Shown: piece after piece, positions 28,815-37,228 of the stretch
Numbering within the stretch: position 1 is the first letter of the stretch
Layout: each line of letters starts with the position of its first letter
DNA from: Verrucomicrobiota bacterium
Lineage (GTDB): Bacteria > Verrucomicrobiota > Verrucomicrobiia > Limisphaerales > Palsa-1400
Direction of reading: 5' to 3'
DNA: 37,228 nucleotides
NCBI GenBank assembly: GCA_049510745.1
Contig: JBEKYR010000048.1
Span: 1-37,228 of the forward strand
Program-made: the position numbers and the translations under genes
The notes under the pieces: model-generated
The model's input: only the letters and a program-made list of their open reading frames with translations
Databases searched by the model: none
What the model was told of the DNA's origin: nothing

Positions 28815-30128
28815 TCAGATGAACTCGTTGATCAGGTTCTCCAAGAATTCCTGCCGCCCGCTCGTGTTGGCGGCCGGTTCGCCCTTCTTCAACATGAATT
28901 TTTCCAGCGCCTCGAAGCTGCTCTTGCCCGACTCGATTTCCCGGCCAAGGCCGCTGTCCCACGAGCTGTACCGCTGCCGGATAAACTCCGCCAGACGGCC
29001 ATCCTTGCGGATCGCGGAGGCGATTTTGAGGCCGCGCGCGAAGGCGTCCATGCCCCCGATGTGGGCGTAAAAGAGGTCGATCGGCTCAAAACTCTCGCGC
29101 CGCACCTTGGCGTCGAAATTCACGCCGCCGGTGGTCAGGCCGCCGGCCTTCAAAATGGTCCACATGCACTGCGTGGTCAGGTAGATGTCGGTCGGAAACT
29201 GGTCGGTGTCCCAGCCGAGCAGCAAATCGCCGGTGTTGGCGTCGATCGAGCCGAGGGCGCCGGCGGCGGCGGCCACTTCCAGCTCGTGTTGCATGGTGTG
29301 GCCGGCCAGGGTGGCGTGATTGGTTTCCAGGTTCAGCTTCAGAGGGCCGAGCAGATCGTACTGGCGCAGAAAATTCAGGCAGGCCGCCGCGTCGGAATCG
29401 TATTGATGTTTGGTTGGCTCCTTCGGTTTCGGCTCGATGTAGAACTGGCCTTTGAACCCGATTTTCTTTTTGTGATCGACCGCCATGTGCAGGAATTTTG
29501 CCAGGTGATCCAACTCGCGCTTGAGATCGGTGTTGAGCAGGGTCCAATAGCCCTCGCGTCCGCCCCAAAAAACGTAGCCCGCCCCGCCCAGTTCATGGGT
29601 CACCTCGATCGCTTTCTTGGCCTGGGCGGCGGCGTAGGCGAAGACCTCGGCGTTGCAACTGGTGGCCGCGCCGTGGACAAAGCGCGGATGGGCAAACAGG
29701 CAGGCCGTCCCCCAGAGCAACCCAACCCCGGTCCGTTGCTGTTCCTCCCGCAGCACCTTGACGACGGCGTCGAGGTTTTTGTTCGTTTGCGCCAGGGTGG
29801 CGCCTTCGGGCGCGATATCGCGGTCGTGAAAGGCGTAAAAGGGCGCGCCGAGCTTCTCAAAAAACTCGAAGGCCACCCGCGCCCGCCGGCGGGCGTTGTC
29901 CAGCGAATCGCTGTTGTCGTCCCACGGGCGGTTCATGGTCGGGGCGCCGAACATGTCCGAGCCGCGGCCGCGGAAGGTGTGCCAATAGACGACCGAGAAG
30001 CGCAGGTGCTCGCGCATGGTCTTGCCGTCGATGACCTCGGTGGCGTTGTAATGTTTAAAGGCGAGGGGATTCTTTGACTTGGGGCCTTCGTACTGGATGG
30101 GTGATATATTTGGAAATGCTTGTGTCAT
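28815..30128 (-). CDS. xylA: Xylose isomerase (class II)
   Basis: [52 protein letters not shown]. Confidence 0.97.
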   Translation of the reverse strand: MTQAFPNISPIQYEGPKSKNPLAFKHYNATEVIDGKTMREHLRFSVVYWHTFRGRGSDMFGAPTMNRPWDDNSDSLDNARRRARVAFEFFEKLGAPFYAFHDRDIAPEGATLAQTNKNLDAVVKVLREEQQRTGVGLLWGTACLFAHPRFVHGAATSCNAEVFAYAAAQAKKAIEVTHELGGAGYVFWGGREGYWTLLNTDLKRELDHLAKFLHMAVDHKKKIGFKGQFYIEPKPKEPTKHQYDSDAAACLNFLRQYDLLGPLKLNLETNHATLAGHTMQHELEVAAAAGALGSIDANTGDLLLGWDTDQFPTDIYLTTQCMWTILKAGGLTTGGVNFDAKVRRESFEPIDLFYAHIGGMDAFARGLKIASAIRKDGRLAEFIRQRYSSWDSGLGREIESGKSSFEALEKFMLKKGEPAANTSGRQEFLENLINEFI

Positions 30129-30147
30129 AATTTGTCCTGGCCAATAT

Positions 30148-30321
30148 CTAAAGAAAAACCGCGCGCGGCGCAATTAGAATTTTCAGATTTTTCAATGTTC
30201 GATGTTTTTCAAGTTGCTCATTCGGTTTGGCCAGTTCGGCGGCCCTGGCCCGGCGCAATTCGGTTTCCAGGCGCTTGCGCCGCTGCGGAAGAGAGTAGCC
30301 GGGTGGCAGGATTGGGCGCAT
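30148..30321 (-). pseudogene. Partial duplicate of the small gene at 32932-33138 (first 32 codons conserved, unrelated tail)
   Basis: MRPILPPGYSLPQRRKRLETELRRARAAELAK, then reads into AT-rich repeat-like DNA. Confidence 0.6.
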
Positions 30322-30351
30322 CGGTTTAACTCTCCCGCAGTTGCTGCGCCA
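30226..30351. repeat. Direct repeat copy A (126 bp)
   Basis: Matches 33043-33168 with 8 mismatches and no indels by manual alignment (offset 2817). Confidence 0.93.
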
Positions 30352-30447
30352 TCCGACCACCCTCAACGCCCTGCTGCCCCGCGACGTCGCCTTAAGTTTC
30401 CTGGCGGGCATCATCGCCGAAGCGAACAAACTGACCCGCGTCGCCCA

Positions 30448-31593
30448 TTACATAAAAACCCTAAACTCAGTTTGAACCGGGGACGGTGCTAAAATCGAAG
30501 TGAGCGGAAGTGGTTTGGGCCGATTCGCGAAATTGGCTGCATCAACAGCAAAAGACAAAGTGCTTTTGAAGCAGCCGTGCAAATATGCGGCAAGGGACAC
30601 AGCTTTCGCCCAAGATTTGTTTTTCTCCAATGTCAGATACGATTGTGGAGGGGTGAGGTTCTCATTCAGCAGTTGTGAGATTTGAACGAGTGGAAATCGA
30701 TCACGGTACGGCCTGACATCATCCAGTTCGATTGCATAAACCTCATCAGCGCCCTTCACGTACAGGTCAAATTCGAGGCGAGAGCAGCCCACATGGTCGT
30801 GAAATTGATTCCAAATTACTTCGGGTTTGTTGGCCACAATTCTCGTGATTGTTGCTTCGCCAACCAAACTGCTTACAGGAGCGGAAGCATATAAGTTGAT
30901 CCTGTGGCCGAGCCATCGAGTTGAAAACTTGCGCCGAATCTCAACAGTTTTTTTCTTTTGGAGAATTCGGTCGGCAAATTGTGGCTGTATTGACAACAGC
31001 AACTGATTGTCTGGAGAAAATCCGCCGAATGCGTAGAGATCAGCCAACTTTGGAATTTTCTCGAGAACCGATCTCCAGACACCTCGAAAGTTCCCGGTGC
31101 ATTGCAGTTCCTTGTCGAAAAGACGATACTGTGTTTCAGCGAGTTCTGCGGGTGAAAACCCAAAAGATGTAAAAAATCCACTCTGTCGTTGCCAAACACT
31201 TTCAGGCAATGTGAAATGAACGCTTTTTGCGAGGTCACGAATCTCAAGAGCCATGAGCGAAAAGAACACTTCACCCAAATGCGCATCGCGTATTTGTTCG
31301 TTTATGCGAAGGTGACAGAATTTCGCGTTGCTCCCCTTCTTCACTACCGCCGACGCGACAGGGCAATCATCAATATAACCGATGAATGCGACGCGCTCGA
31401 CTTGTCGGATTCCGGGCAGCACTTTCTGCTGATACCAGCGCTCGATTTCCGGGTACATTCGCTCGTTTGCCAGAATTAGATCCCTGAAATTCGAAAGATG
31501 ATCTGTTTTGCAGCGGACGTCACCCTCCGCCAAGCGAACGATCTTGAAATCTCGCCTTACTGCTTCGTGAGTTGAAATGCTTCTGGCGCTCAT
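30448..31593 (-). CDS. GNAT-like acetyltransferase fused to an ASCH/PUA-like domain
   Basis: N-part YPEIERWYQQKV...SAVVKK...KFCHLRI...RDAHLG...FFTSFGF (GNAT-like); C-part LLSIQPQFADRILQKKKTVEIRR...LYASAPV...PPQSY (ASCH). Start 31593 or 31596. Confidence 0.75.
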   Translation of the reverse strand: MSARSISTHEAVRRDFKIVRLAEGDVRCKTDHLSNFRDLILANERMYPEIERWYQQKVLPGIRQVERVAFIGYIDDCPVASAVVKKGSNAKFCHLRINEQIRDAHLGEVFFSLMALEIRDLAKSVHFTLPESVWQRQSGFFTSFGFSPAELAETQYRLFDKELQCTGNFRGVWRSVLEKIPKLADLYAFGGFSPDNQLLLSIQPQFADRILQKKKTVEIRRKFSTRWLGHRINLYASAPVSSLVGEATITRIVANKPEVIWNQFHDHVGCSRLEFDLYVKGADEVYAIELDDVRPYRDRFPLVQISQLLNENLTPPQSYLTLEKNKSWAKAVSLAAYLHGCFKSTLSFAVDAANFANRPKPLPLTSILAPSPVQTEFRVFM

Positions 31594-31602
31594 CACTATC
31601 CC

Positions 31603-32796
31603 TTAATGATACCACAGTTTAAAGAATTTTGAAAGTTGGAGGGTCTGCGTTCCATAAGTGCTCTTTTTATCCGAATCTTCCGACATGCGATAAAAGGTTA
31701 AACGGGCCATCACTTCTTCATTCGTCAGCGTCAGCCCGACATCGTGACCTCTGACCTCGAAAATCAAAGGAGTTCCATTAATTCCATCATCACGCTCGAA
31801 ACCGAACCGAGGGTGAACAAATCCAGCGTAATGGATTCTCATTTCGCCGATTGTCTCATCCGTCGCGCGGCAATACACGGCGACGCCGGGAGGAAGGGCA
31901 ATCCTTTCTTTGGAGCGCAAAATGTAGAATTTCTCCTTTTCGATCCTCAGGAATTTTCGTTCTTCTGACTCCTCACAGGGCAACAATTCCCAATACATCT
32001 TCGGGTCGGTCATTTTCTCCCCCCACAAGGGAATCCGTTCTGCATTCAAGGGTTGTTTTGCGCAAAAGGCGCACCCGGTTTCGCCCTCGCAAAGTTCTAC
32101 GTTCTGCAGATCAACGGACAAAGTACCATCGTTTTGAGTTCGACGGAAATTCGACGTGGCAGCGGTCCTGTCGCGACGCAGAACGGATTCGTATAAAACT
32201 TGTCCGCGAATCTCACAATCTTCGGGTTTGCCTTTGAACAATCGAAGCTGCGACAACGCAGTGCCGACTCTCACGCGAACGTCGAAAGTCATTGAGGTGA
32301 CTTCAATGAACATGTGGCCCGTCTGCTTGCGGCCTTTCTTCTTTCCGGCGTGGGCTGGATCAAACGACTCGTACGTGTCCATACCGTCCACGATCAGGCG
32401 AGCCAGCACATCTACACGCCCAACGGTGCTTTTCGCCGTCGCTTGACCATAAATTTCGTCTGATCCCAAGAGAGGAGAACCGAGTTCCTGTTGGACTCGA
32501 AAAACATACGTCTGACGATGCTCAAGCGGATAAACGCCATCACTTGAAGGTTTGATCCGCTCTGCAAATTTGCTGTCTTTCAGAACACTCTGTTCATAAC
32601 TTCCACCGAAAGGCTTCACGGTACCTCGAAGCATTCGGTATCCTTCGCAACTGAGGGTCAGATCGAGGGCGGAACCGTCGATTGAGTTCTTATCATCCAA
32701 ATTGACGTGGTTCAGCCAACCTTTCTTGGCGAGCTTAGTGACCTGATGTTCGGACAACACGCCTGGCACCCAACTCCGTGTACAGGACGAAATCAT
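31603..32796 (-). CDS. dcd: 2'-deoxycytidine 5'-triphosphate deaminase, long DCD family (duplicated dUTPase-like fold)
   Basis: SALDLTL, AKSTVGRVDVLARLI, LSQLRL, FYILRSKERI, GEMRIHYAGFVHPRFG, FEVRGH, YGTQTLQLSKFF. Confidence 0.85.
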   Translation of the reverse strand: MISSCTRSWVPGVLSEHQVTKLAKKGWLNHVNLDDKNSIDGSALDLTLSCEGYRMLRGTVKPFGGSYEQSVLKDSKFAERIKPSSDGVYPLEHRQTYVFRVQQELGSPLLGSDEIYGQATAKSTVGRVDVLARLIVDGMDTYESFDPAHAGKKKGRKQTGHMFIEVTSMTFDVRVRVGTALSQLRLFKGKPEDCEIRGQVLYESVLRRDRTAATSNFRRTQNDGTLSVDLQNVELCEGETGCAFCAKQPLNAERIPLWGEKMTDPKMYWELLPCEESEERKFLRIEKEKFYILRSKERIALPPGVAVYCRATDETIGEMRIHYAGFVHPRFGFERDDGINGTPLIFEVRGHDVGLTLTNEEVMARLTFYRMSEDSDKKSTYGTQTLQLSKFFKLWYH

Positions 32797-32931
32797 AACG
32801 ACAATACCACCGCATTTTAATTTCCGGGTTGAGGATACCCCAAAAACTGAAATGTGGAAAGAAAAATTCACAAAAACTCGCACCGAGTTTCGTGGCAGCG
32901 GTACGGTTCTGAACTGAATGGACGGCCCATC

Positions 32932-33138
32932 TCAGACGCCCCATAAAACGGGGCCATCTCGCCAAAACAAATCCTCTCCCAGTCGCTTCTTCACTTCGGC
33001 CTGGATTTCTTTTTCGATCTTGGCGCGCTCCGCGACGGTGGCTTTGGCCAGTTCGGCCGCCCTGGCCCGGCGTAATTCGGCTTCCAGGCGCTTGCGCCGC
33101 TGCGGGAGCGAGTAGCCGGGTGGCAGGATTGGGCGCAT
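32932..33138 (-). CDS. Small basic helical hypothetical protein (68 aa)
   Basis: Starts 4 nt after the aroD stop; 4 of 5 differences from the duplicate copy are synonymous in this frame. Confidence 0.7.
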   Translation of the reverse strand: MRPILPPGYSLPQRRKRLEAELRRARAAELAKATVAERAKIEKEIQAEVKKRLGEDLFWRDGPVLWGV

Positions 33139-33168
33139 CGGTTTAACTCTTTCGCAGTTGCCGCGCCA
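33043..33168. repeat. Direct repeat copy B (126 bp)
   Basis: Covers the last aroD codons plus the 5' half of the small gene; matches 30226-30351. Confidence 0.93.
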
Positions 33169-33844
33169 ATTCCGCCGCCGACATCTGTCCCGGCGCGGTG
33201 GGTTTGTCCAGATACCCATACGTCAGGCACGAACCGAGTTTGGCGAAGGAAATCCGCGTCCCGCTCCACGCCTGGCCCATGCCGATCACACACAACGGCT
33301 TGACCCAGGATCGCTGGAGCAGCGACTCCAGGACGCCCGCGTCGCTCTCCTGGTTGATCATCGTGGAGATTTTGACAATCGAGCCGATGGTCTGCCCGTT
33401 CTCGACAATCGCGCAAAGTTCCTCCAACGACGGCGTCTTCCGAAAATGATGATAAGAGACGATGCAGGCCTTTTGCTGTTTCGCGGCCTCCCCGGCCACC
33501 GCCCGGCAGATGACGCTGCTCAGTTCGACATCCACGCCCGCCAGTCCGCCCAGGGCCTGCCGGTAAATCTCCAGGCGCGGCGCGTCATCCGCCTCCCAGT
33601 CGCCGCCTTCGGAGCGCAGCCGCGCGGTCAGGAGCACCGGTTTGCCGCCCGCTTCGATGGCCTGGCAGCGCTCCAGCCAATTGGCCGGCCGCGAAGTTTT
33701 GTCCAGCCGCACTTCGACAATATCGCCGGCAAAGTCGCCGGCACCGGAGGCTTCCAACGACGAGAGCGTCCCCACCACGCGCGGCACGGAGCCGACCGTC
33801 AGCGCGCCGTTTGCGGTTCGAAAGACAGCAGTCGATCTGGTCAT
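33143..33844 (-). CDS. aroD: Type I 3-dehydroquinate dehydratase
   Basis: DIVEVRLD, LTARLRSEGG, VDVEL, IVSYHHFRKTP, IVKI, IGMG, TAPGQ. Confidence 0.92.
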   Translation of the reverse strand: MTRSTAVFRTANGALTVGSVPRVVGTLSSLEASGAGDFAGDIVEVRLDKTSRPANWLERCQAIEAGGKPVLLTARLRSEGGDWEADDAPRLEIYRQALGGLAGVDVELSSVICRAVAGEAAKQQKACIVSYHHFRKTPSLEELCAIVENGQTIGSIVKISTMINQESDAGVLESLLQRSWVKPLCVIGMGQAWSGTRISFAKLGSCLTYGYLDKPTAPGQMSAAELARQLRKS

Positions 33845-33920
33845 TCTGGAAATGTTACCCGGTCCACGCCGCGAAAAAAACTTTAAACCTTAACCTTGGA
33901 ACTTTAGACTCACTCCCGGT

Positions 33921-34301
33921 ATGATCAAGACCATCATCAAGCCGGCCAAGGCCGCCCCCGCCGCAGGCCCTTACAGTCACGGTGTGCGCGCGGGCGATTT
34001 GCTTTTTTGCGCCGGGCAAATCCCCGTTCTCCCGGAGTCCGGCCAATTGATCGCCGGAGACATCCGCGCGCAAACCGAACGCGTGCTGGAAAACATCAAA
34101 ATCATCCTGCAAGACCAGGGTCTGACGCTGGACAACATTGTCAAGACGACCGTTTTCATGACGAACCTGGCCGATTTCTCCGCCATGAACGAAGTCTATG
34201 CGCGGTTTTTCAACCGGAACCCGCCGGCCCGCACCACCGTGCAGGTCGCCGCCTTGCCGCGTGGCGCGCAGATAGAAATCGAACCCATCGCCCACTACTG
34301 A
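33921..34301 (+). CDS. ridA: RidA family reactive intermediate deaminase
   Basis: AGPYS, AGQIP, VKTTVF, FSAMNEVY, PARTTVQVAALP, IEIE. Confidence 0.93.
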   Translation: MIKTIIKPAKAAPAAGPYSHGVRAGDLLFCAGQIPVLPESGQLIAGDIRAQTERVLENIKIILQDQGLTLDNIVKTTVFMTNLADFSAMNEVYARFFNRNPPARTTVQVAALPRGAQIEIEPIAHY

Positions 34302-34306
34302 ATCTT

Positions 34307-35668
34307 GTGCCGCAGAACCTTGCCATAGCGATTGCCTTCGTTCTGGGCGGGTTGTCGGGCGGGCTGATCGTTTTTCTTATCAAGAAACGCCCCGCCGTCC
34401 AGCCGGACAACCGGCTGGAAGAGGAATTGCGCCAGCAACTGCAACAGCGGGAGAAGGAACTGGCCTCCAGCCGCGAGCAAGTGACCGCGCACGCCACGGC
34501 TCTGGCCGCCGCCAAAGCCAATCAGGAGGCGTCCGAACGCATGCTGGCCGAGAGCCGCGAGCTGCACGCGGCCAATCTTCGCGCGGCCAGGGAAGCCCAG
34601 GACAAAGCCCTGGCGGACCTGCGCGAAACCTTCAAGGCGCTCAGCGCCGATGCCCTGCAACAAAACGCTCCGCAGTTCCTGCAACTGGCCAACGAAACCT
34701 TCGCCAAATTCCAGGCCGCCGCCAAGGGGGATCTGGCCCAGCGCCAGGAAGCCATCGCCTCTTTGGTCCAGCCGTTGAAGGAACAATTGGAAACCTACCA
34801 GCGCCGCCTGCAGCAGAGCGAGACCAGCCAGGCCGCCGTCCTCGGCGAAGTCAAAAAGCAACTGGAAGGTTTGGCCCAAAACAGCCAGGCGCTTTCGACC
34901 GAGACCTTCGCGCTGCGCAGAGTTCTCAGTTCCAACCAGGCCCGCGGGCGCTGGGGCGAGGAAACCTTGCGGCGCGTCGTCGAAGCCGCCGGCCTGAGCC
35001 CCCACTGCGATTTCAGCGAGCAAACCCAGTCCGACGACAAAAAGCCGGACCTGCTCGTCCATTTGCCGGGCAACCGCCTGATCATCGTCGATGCCAAGGT
35101 TCCCGATTTGGATTTCCTGCAGGCCCTCGACGCCGCCGATCCGGCCGCCCGCGCCCAGGCGCTGGGAATTCACGCCGCCAAACTCAAGGACACGATCAAG
35201 GAACTGGCCAAGAAGGATTACCCCGCCCAATTCCCCAACGCGCTGGACTATGTCGTGTTGTTCTTGCCGGCCGAGTCGCTCTTCAGCGCCGCGCTCGAAG
35301 CGGACCGCGAATTGATCCTGTGGGCCGCGCAACGCCAGATCATGCTGGCCACGCCCGCTTCCTTGATTGCCTTGTTGCGCGCCGTCAGCGTCAGTTGGCA
35401 GCAACACGCCCAGACGGAGAACGCGCGCGAGATCGCCGCCGCCGCGCAGGAGTTGTTCAACCGCGTCGCCAAATTCTTCGAGCATTTCGAGAAAATCCGC
35501 GCCGGCCTGGAGCGCGCCGGGGCCGCCTACAACGACGCCGTCGGCAGCTACGAGCGCATGGTGCGGCCCGCCGGTGTCAAGCTCAACCAACTGGGCGGCG
35601 GCGCAGCCGTCCGGGAGCTGCCTGAGATCGCGCCGCTTGAAGGGACGCTGCGATTGCCGTCTGTTTGA
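34307..35668 (+). CDS. rmuC: DNA recombination protein RmuC
   Basis: N-terminal TM, coiled coil, RGRWGEETL, PDLLVHLPG...IVDAK, VVLFLPAES, ATPASLIALL. Confidence 0.92.
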   Translation: MPQNLAIAIAFVLGGLSGGLIVFLIKKRPAVQPDNRLEEELRQQLQQREKELASSREQVTAHATALAAAKANQEASERMLAESRELHAANLRAAREAQDKALADLRETFKALSADALQQNAPQFLQLANETFAKFQAAAKGDLAQRQEAIASLVQPLKEQLETYQRRLQQSETSQAAVLGEVKKQLEGLAQNSQALSTETFALRRVLSSNQARGRWGEETLRRVVEAAGLSPHCDFSEQTQSDDKKPDLLVHLPGNRLIIVDAKVPDLDFLQALDAADPAARAQALGIHAAKLKDTIKELAKKDYPAQFPNALDYVVLFLPAESLFSAALEADRELILWAAQRQIMLATPASLIALLRAVSVSWQQHAQTENAREIAAAAQELFNRVAKFFEHFEKIRAGLERAGAAYNDAVGSYERMVRPAGVKLNQLGGGAAVRELPEIAPLEGTLRLPSV

Positions 35669-35690
35669 CAGCCGCCCGACAGCGAAGCGT

Positions 35691-35798
35691 TTCAATGACC
35701 AATTTCAAATTCTCGATTTTCAATTTTCAATGTTCGTTGGATTGAATCGGGACGGCCATTGAAAATTGAAAATTGAAAATCTGTTATTGGTAATTGAA
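35691..35798. repeat. Nested inverted-repeat element built from TTGAAAA heptamers
   Basis: Perfect 17-bp IR ATTTTCAATTTTCAATG 35716-35732 / CATTGAAAATTGAAAAT 35757-35773; outer IR 35691-35703 / 35786-35798 with one mismatch. Confidence 0.82.
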
Positions 35799-35859
35799 GA
35801 TCCGTGGCGATGGACTTAGTCTCGGAACCGATCAAGTTGACATCAAACTTTTGAAACTT

Positions 35860-36891
35860 ATGGCCGAAAAGTGTTTTCATCCCAGCATCGAAGGCGCCCA
35901 GCACGGCGCGAAGTCTCTCACCGCGTTCCTCGACTATGCCAAAGCCTCCGGCGCTTCCGGCGCCCAGCCTTCCAATTTCATGCTCCAGGACGGCGCCAAA
36001 TTCAAAAAACCCGCCGAAATCAAGGCGGCCTTCGCCGCGCGCGGCATGACCTTGGACGGCATCTCCGCCCACTGCCCCTTCTGGGTGCAGACGACCGCGT
36101 GGACGGAGAGCCTTACCGTCCGTCCATTCCTGCCGCCGGAGGTTGCCAAAAAATCCGCCGCCGAAATCGAGAAATGGACCGAGTCTTACATTCTGCGCCT
36201 GCTGGACCTGGCGGCGGCCCTCGAGGTCAGAGTCATCCCGATGTTTTGGGGCGTCGCTTTCGGCTGGGAAATGGCCACGGGCTACCCTTGGGGCTTCTGG
36301 AAGGGCGGCGATTACGATCTGGCGGCCAGCGGCCGGGAACGGTTCGTGAAAAAGACGGCCAAAATCCGCGCCCACGCCAACAAGCTCGGCCTTTTTCTGG
36401 CCCATGAAATCCACCCCGGCACCGCCGCCATGTGCGCGGACGATTTCAACCTCCTGGTGGCCGCCTGCGACGGCGACAAATGCCTGGCCGTCAACGCCGA
36501 TCCTTCCCACTGCTGGGAAGGCGAGAATTGGGAAACCCGCTTTTTGAAAGTGGCGCCCCGCGTCTTCGCCTGTCATGTCAAGAATTTCGTCATCCGGCCC
36601 GGCCTGCCTTTGCGCATGATGGAAGCCGGCTGGCAAAAGCGGGCCATGCAGTTTGTCGATATTGCCAGCGGCGACCTCAACCTGACCCGCTACGTGGAAC
36701 TGCTCCTGCACATCGGCTACCCCCAACGGTATTGCGCCGCCATGAAGACCAGGACCGCCCCGCTCATCGTCGAAGCCGAGAGCGCCTACCGCGACCTGGA
36801 CCAGACCAGCGCCGACGGCATCGCCTACGTCCGCGACAACCTCTGCTTCCCCATTGCCGCCGGCTCGTTTGAAGAGGGCATGGGAGCGTAG
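35860..36891 (+). CDS. Sugar phosphate isomerase/epimerase (xylose-isomerase-like TIM barrel)
   Basis: Metal-ligand motifs HEIHP, NADPSH, HVK, EAE. Confidence 0.85.
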   Translation: MAEKCFHPSIEGAQHGAKSLTAFLDYAKASGASGAQPSNFMLQDGAKFKKPAEIKAAFAARGMTLDGISAHCPFWVQTTAWTESLTVRPFLPPEVAKKSAAEIEKWTESYILRLLDLAAALEVRVIPMFWGVAFGWEMATGYPWGFWKGGDYDLAASGRERFVKKTAKIRAHANKLGLFLAHEIHPGTAAMCADDFNLLVAACDGDKCLAVNADPSHCWEGENWETRFLKVAPRVFACHVKNFVIRPGLPLRMMEAGWQKRAMQFVDIASGDLNLTRYVELLLHIGYPQRYCAAMKTRTAPLIVEAESAYRDLDQTSADGIAYVRDNLCFPIAAGSFEEGMGA

Positions 36892-36947
36892 GGCGGATTT
36901 CCGCCGGCGCCCAGGGTGACGACGGCGATCTGCTCCGCAAAGAAAAA

Positions 36948-37024
36948 TGGTCGGGGCGGTGAGATTTGAACTCACGACCTCTTGGTCCCGAACCAAGCGC
37001 GCTACCAAGCTACGCTACGCCCCG
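36948..37024 (-). tRNA. tRNA-Pro (anticodon CGG)
   Basis: 77-nt cloverleaf CGGGGCG...cttgg-TTCGGGA-ccaag...GTTCAAATC...CGCCCCGACCA with encoded CCA. Confidence 0.97.
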
Positions 37025-37154
37025 CCCGACCGAAGATCACCACAGTGCCCGTTGCGGCCCGGGATTGCAAACAGTTTCGGAAGAAAGATTTCCGGCGCCC
37101 CCTTAATCATCGATTTCGTAAGTTGATTTAGCGGTTTTTACCTTATGCCATAAG

Positions 37155-37167
37155 AATCAAGGGGTTA
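37155..37167 (+). promoter_or_regulatory. Possible IHF-type binding site
   Basis: AATCAAGGGGTTA matches WATCAANNNNTTR in AT-rich DNA upstream of the tRNA; could be chance. Confidence 0.3.
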
Positions 37168-37228
37168 AGATCGGGAGGGGCACTTTCGCATTGGCAGAGG
37201 ATTTTCTTTTTCGCTTGCCATCTGGCCC

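Larger units (their letters stand above)
30226..33168. mobile_element. Direct-repeat-bounded accessory cassette (no integrase or transposase seen)
   Basis: AT-richer two-gene operon between two 126-bp direct repeats, inserted between aroD and xylA. Confidence 0.7.

Noticed and set aside
29936..29946. TGGTCGGGGCG match to the tRNA-Pro 3' end as a possible att site
   Set aside because: Only 11 bp, inside the intact xylA coding sequence, and no integrase nearby.
34007..34306. N-terminal extension of RmuC
   Set aside because: Overlaps ridA out of frame; the natural TM-anchored start is GTG 34307.
6346..36891. garR, DUF1080, xylA and the sugar isomerase as one catabolic cluster
   Set aside because: They are dispersed over 30 kb among unrelated genes, with no shared operon or regulator evident.
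35692..37008. 438-aa minus-strand ORF
   Set aside because: Begins inside tRNA-Pro and is antisense to the sugar isomerase gene.

Overview
GC-rich bacterial chromosomal window, most likely Verrucomicrobiota (inferred from a VPDSG-CTERM-type protein and other lineage-typical families). The backbone carries a partial GT2 gene, a BlaI/BlaR1-type pair, two DUF433/PIN toxin-antitoxin loci (one truncated), garR, cls, DUF1080, a FecR-TPR-beta-barrel plus CHASE2 adenylate cyclase pair, folA, ald, YfhO, a pilin, a rhomboid protease, tcdA, xylA, aroD, ridA, rmuC, a sugar isomerase and tRNA-Pro(CGG). Two visibly AT-richer inserts flank xylA. The first (about 25.8-28.8 kb) encodes a predicted winged-helix + NDT/TIR-like protein followed by a DNA methyltransferase fused to an Mrr-like nuclease. 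The second (about 30.2-33.2 kb) is a two-gene operon, a DCD-family dCTP deaminase plus a GNAT-ASCH fusion, bracketed by a 126-bp direct repeat (8 mismatches) that duplicates the aroD 3' end and the start of a small gene. This second cassette is the best candidate for an undescribed cytosine-centred defence or modification system. Many genes look leaderless, and several intergenic regions hold heptamer/decamer repeat elements. All family calls are by motif recognition; no database search was run.
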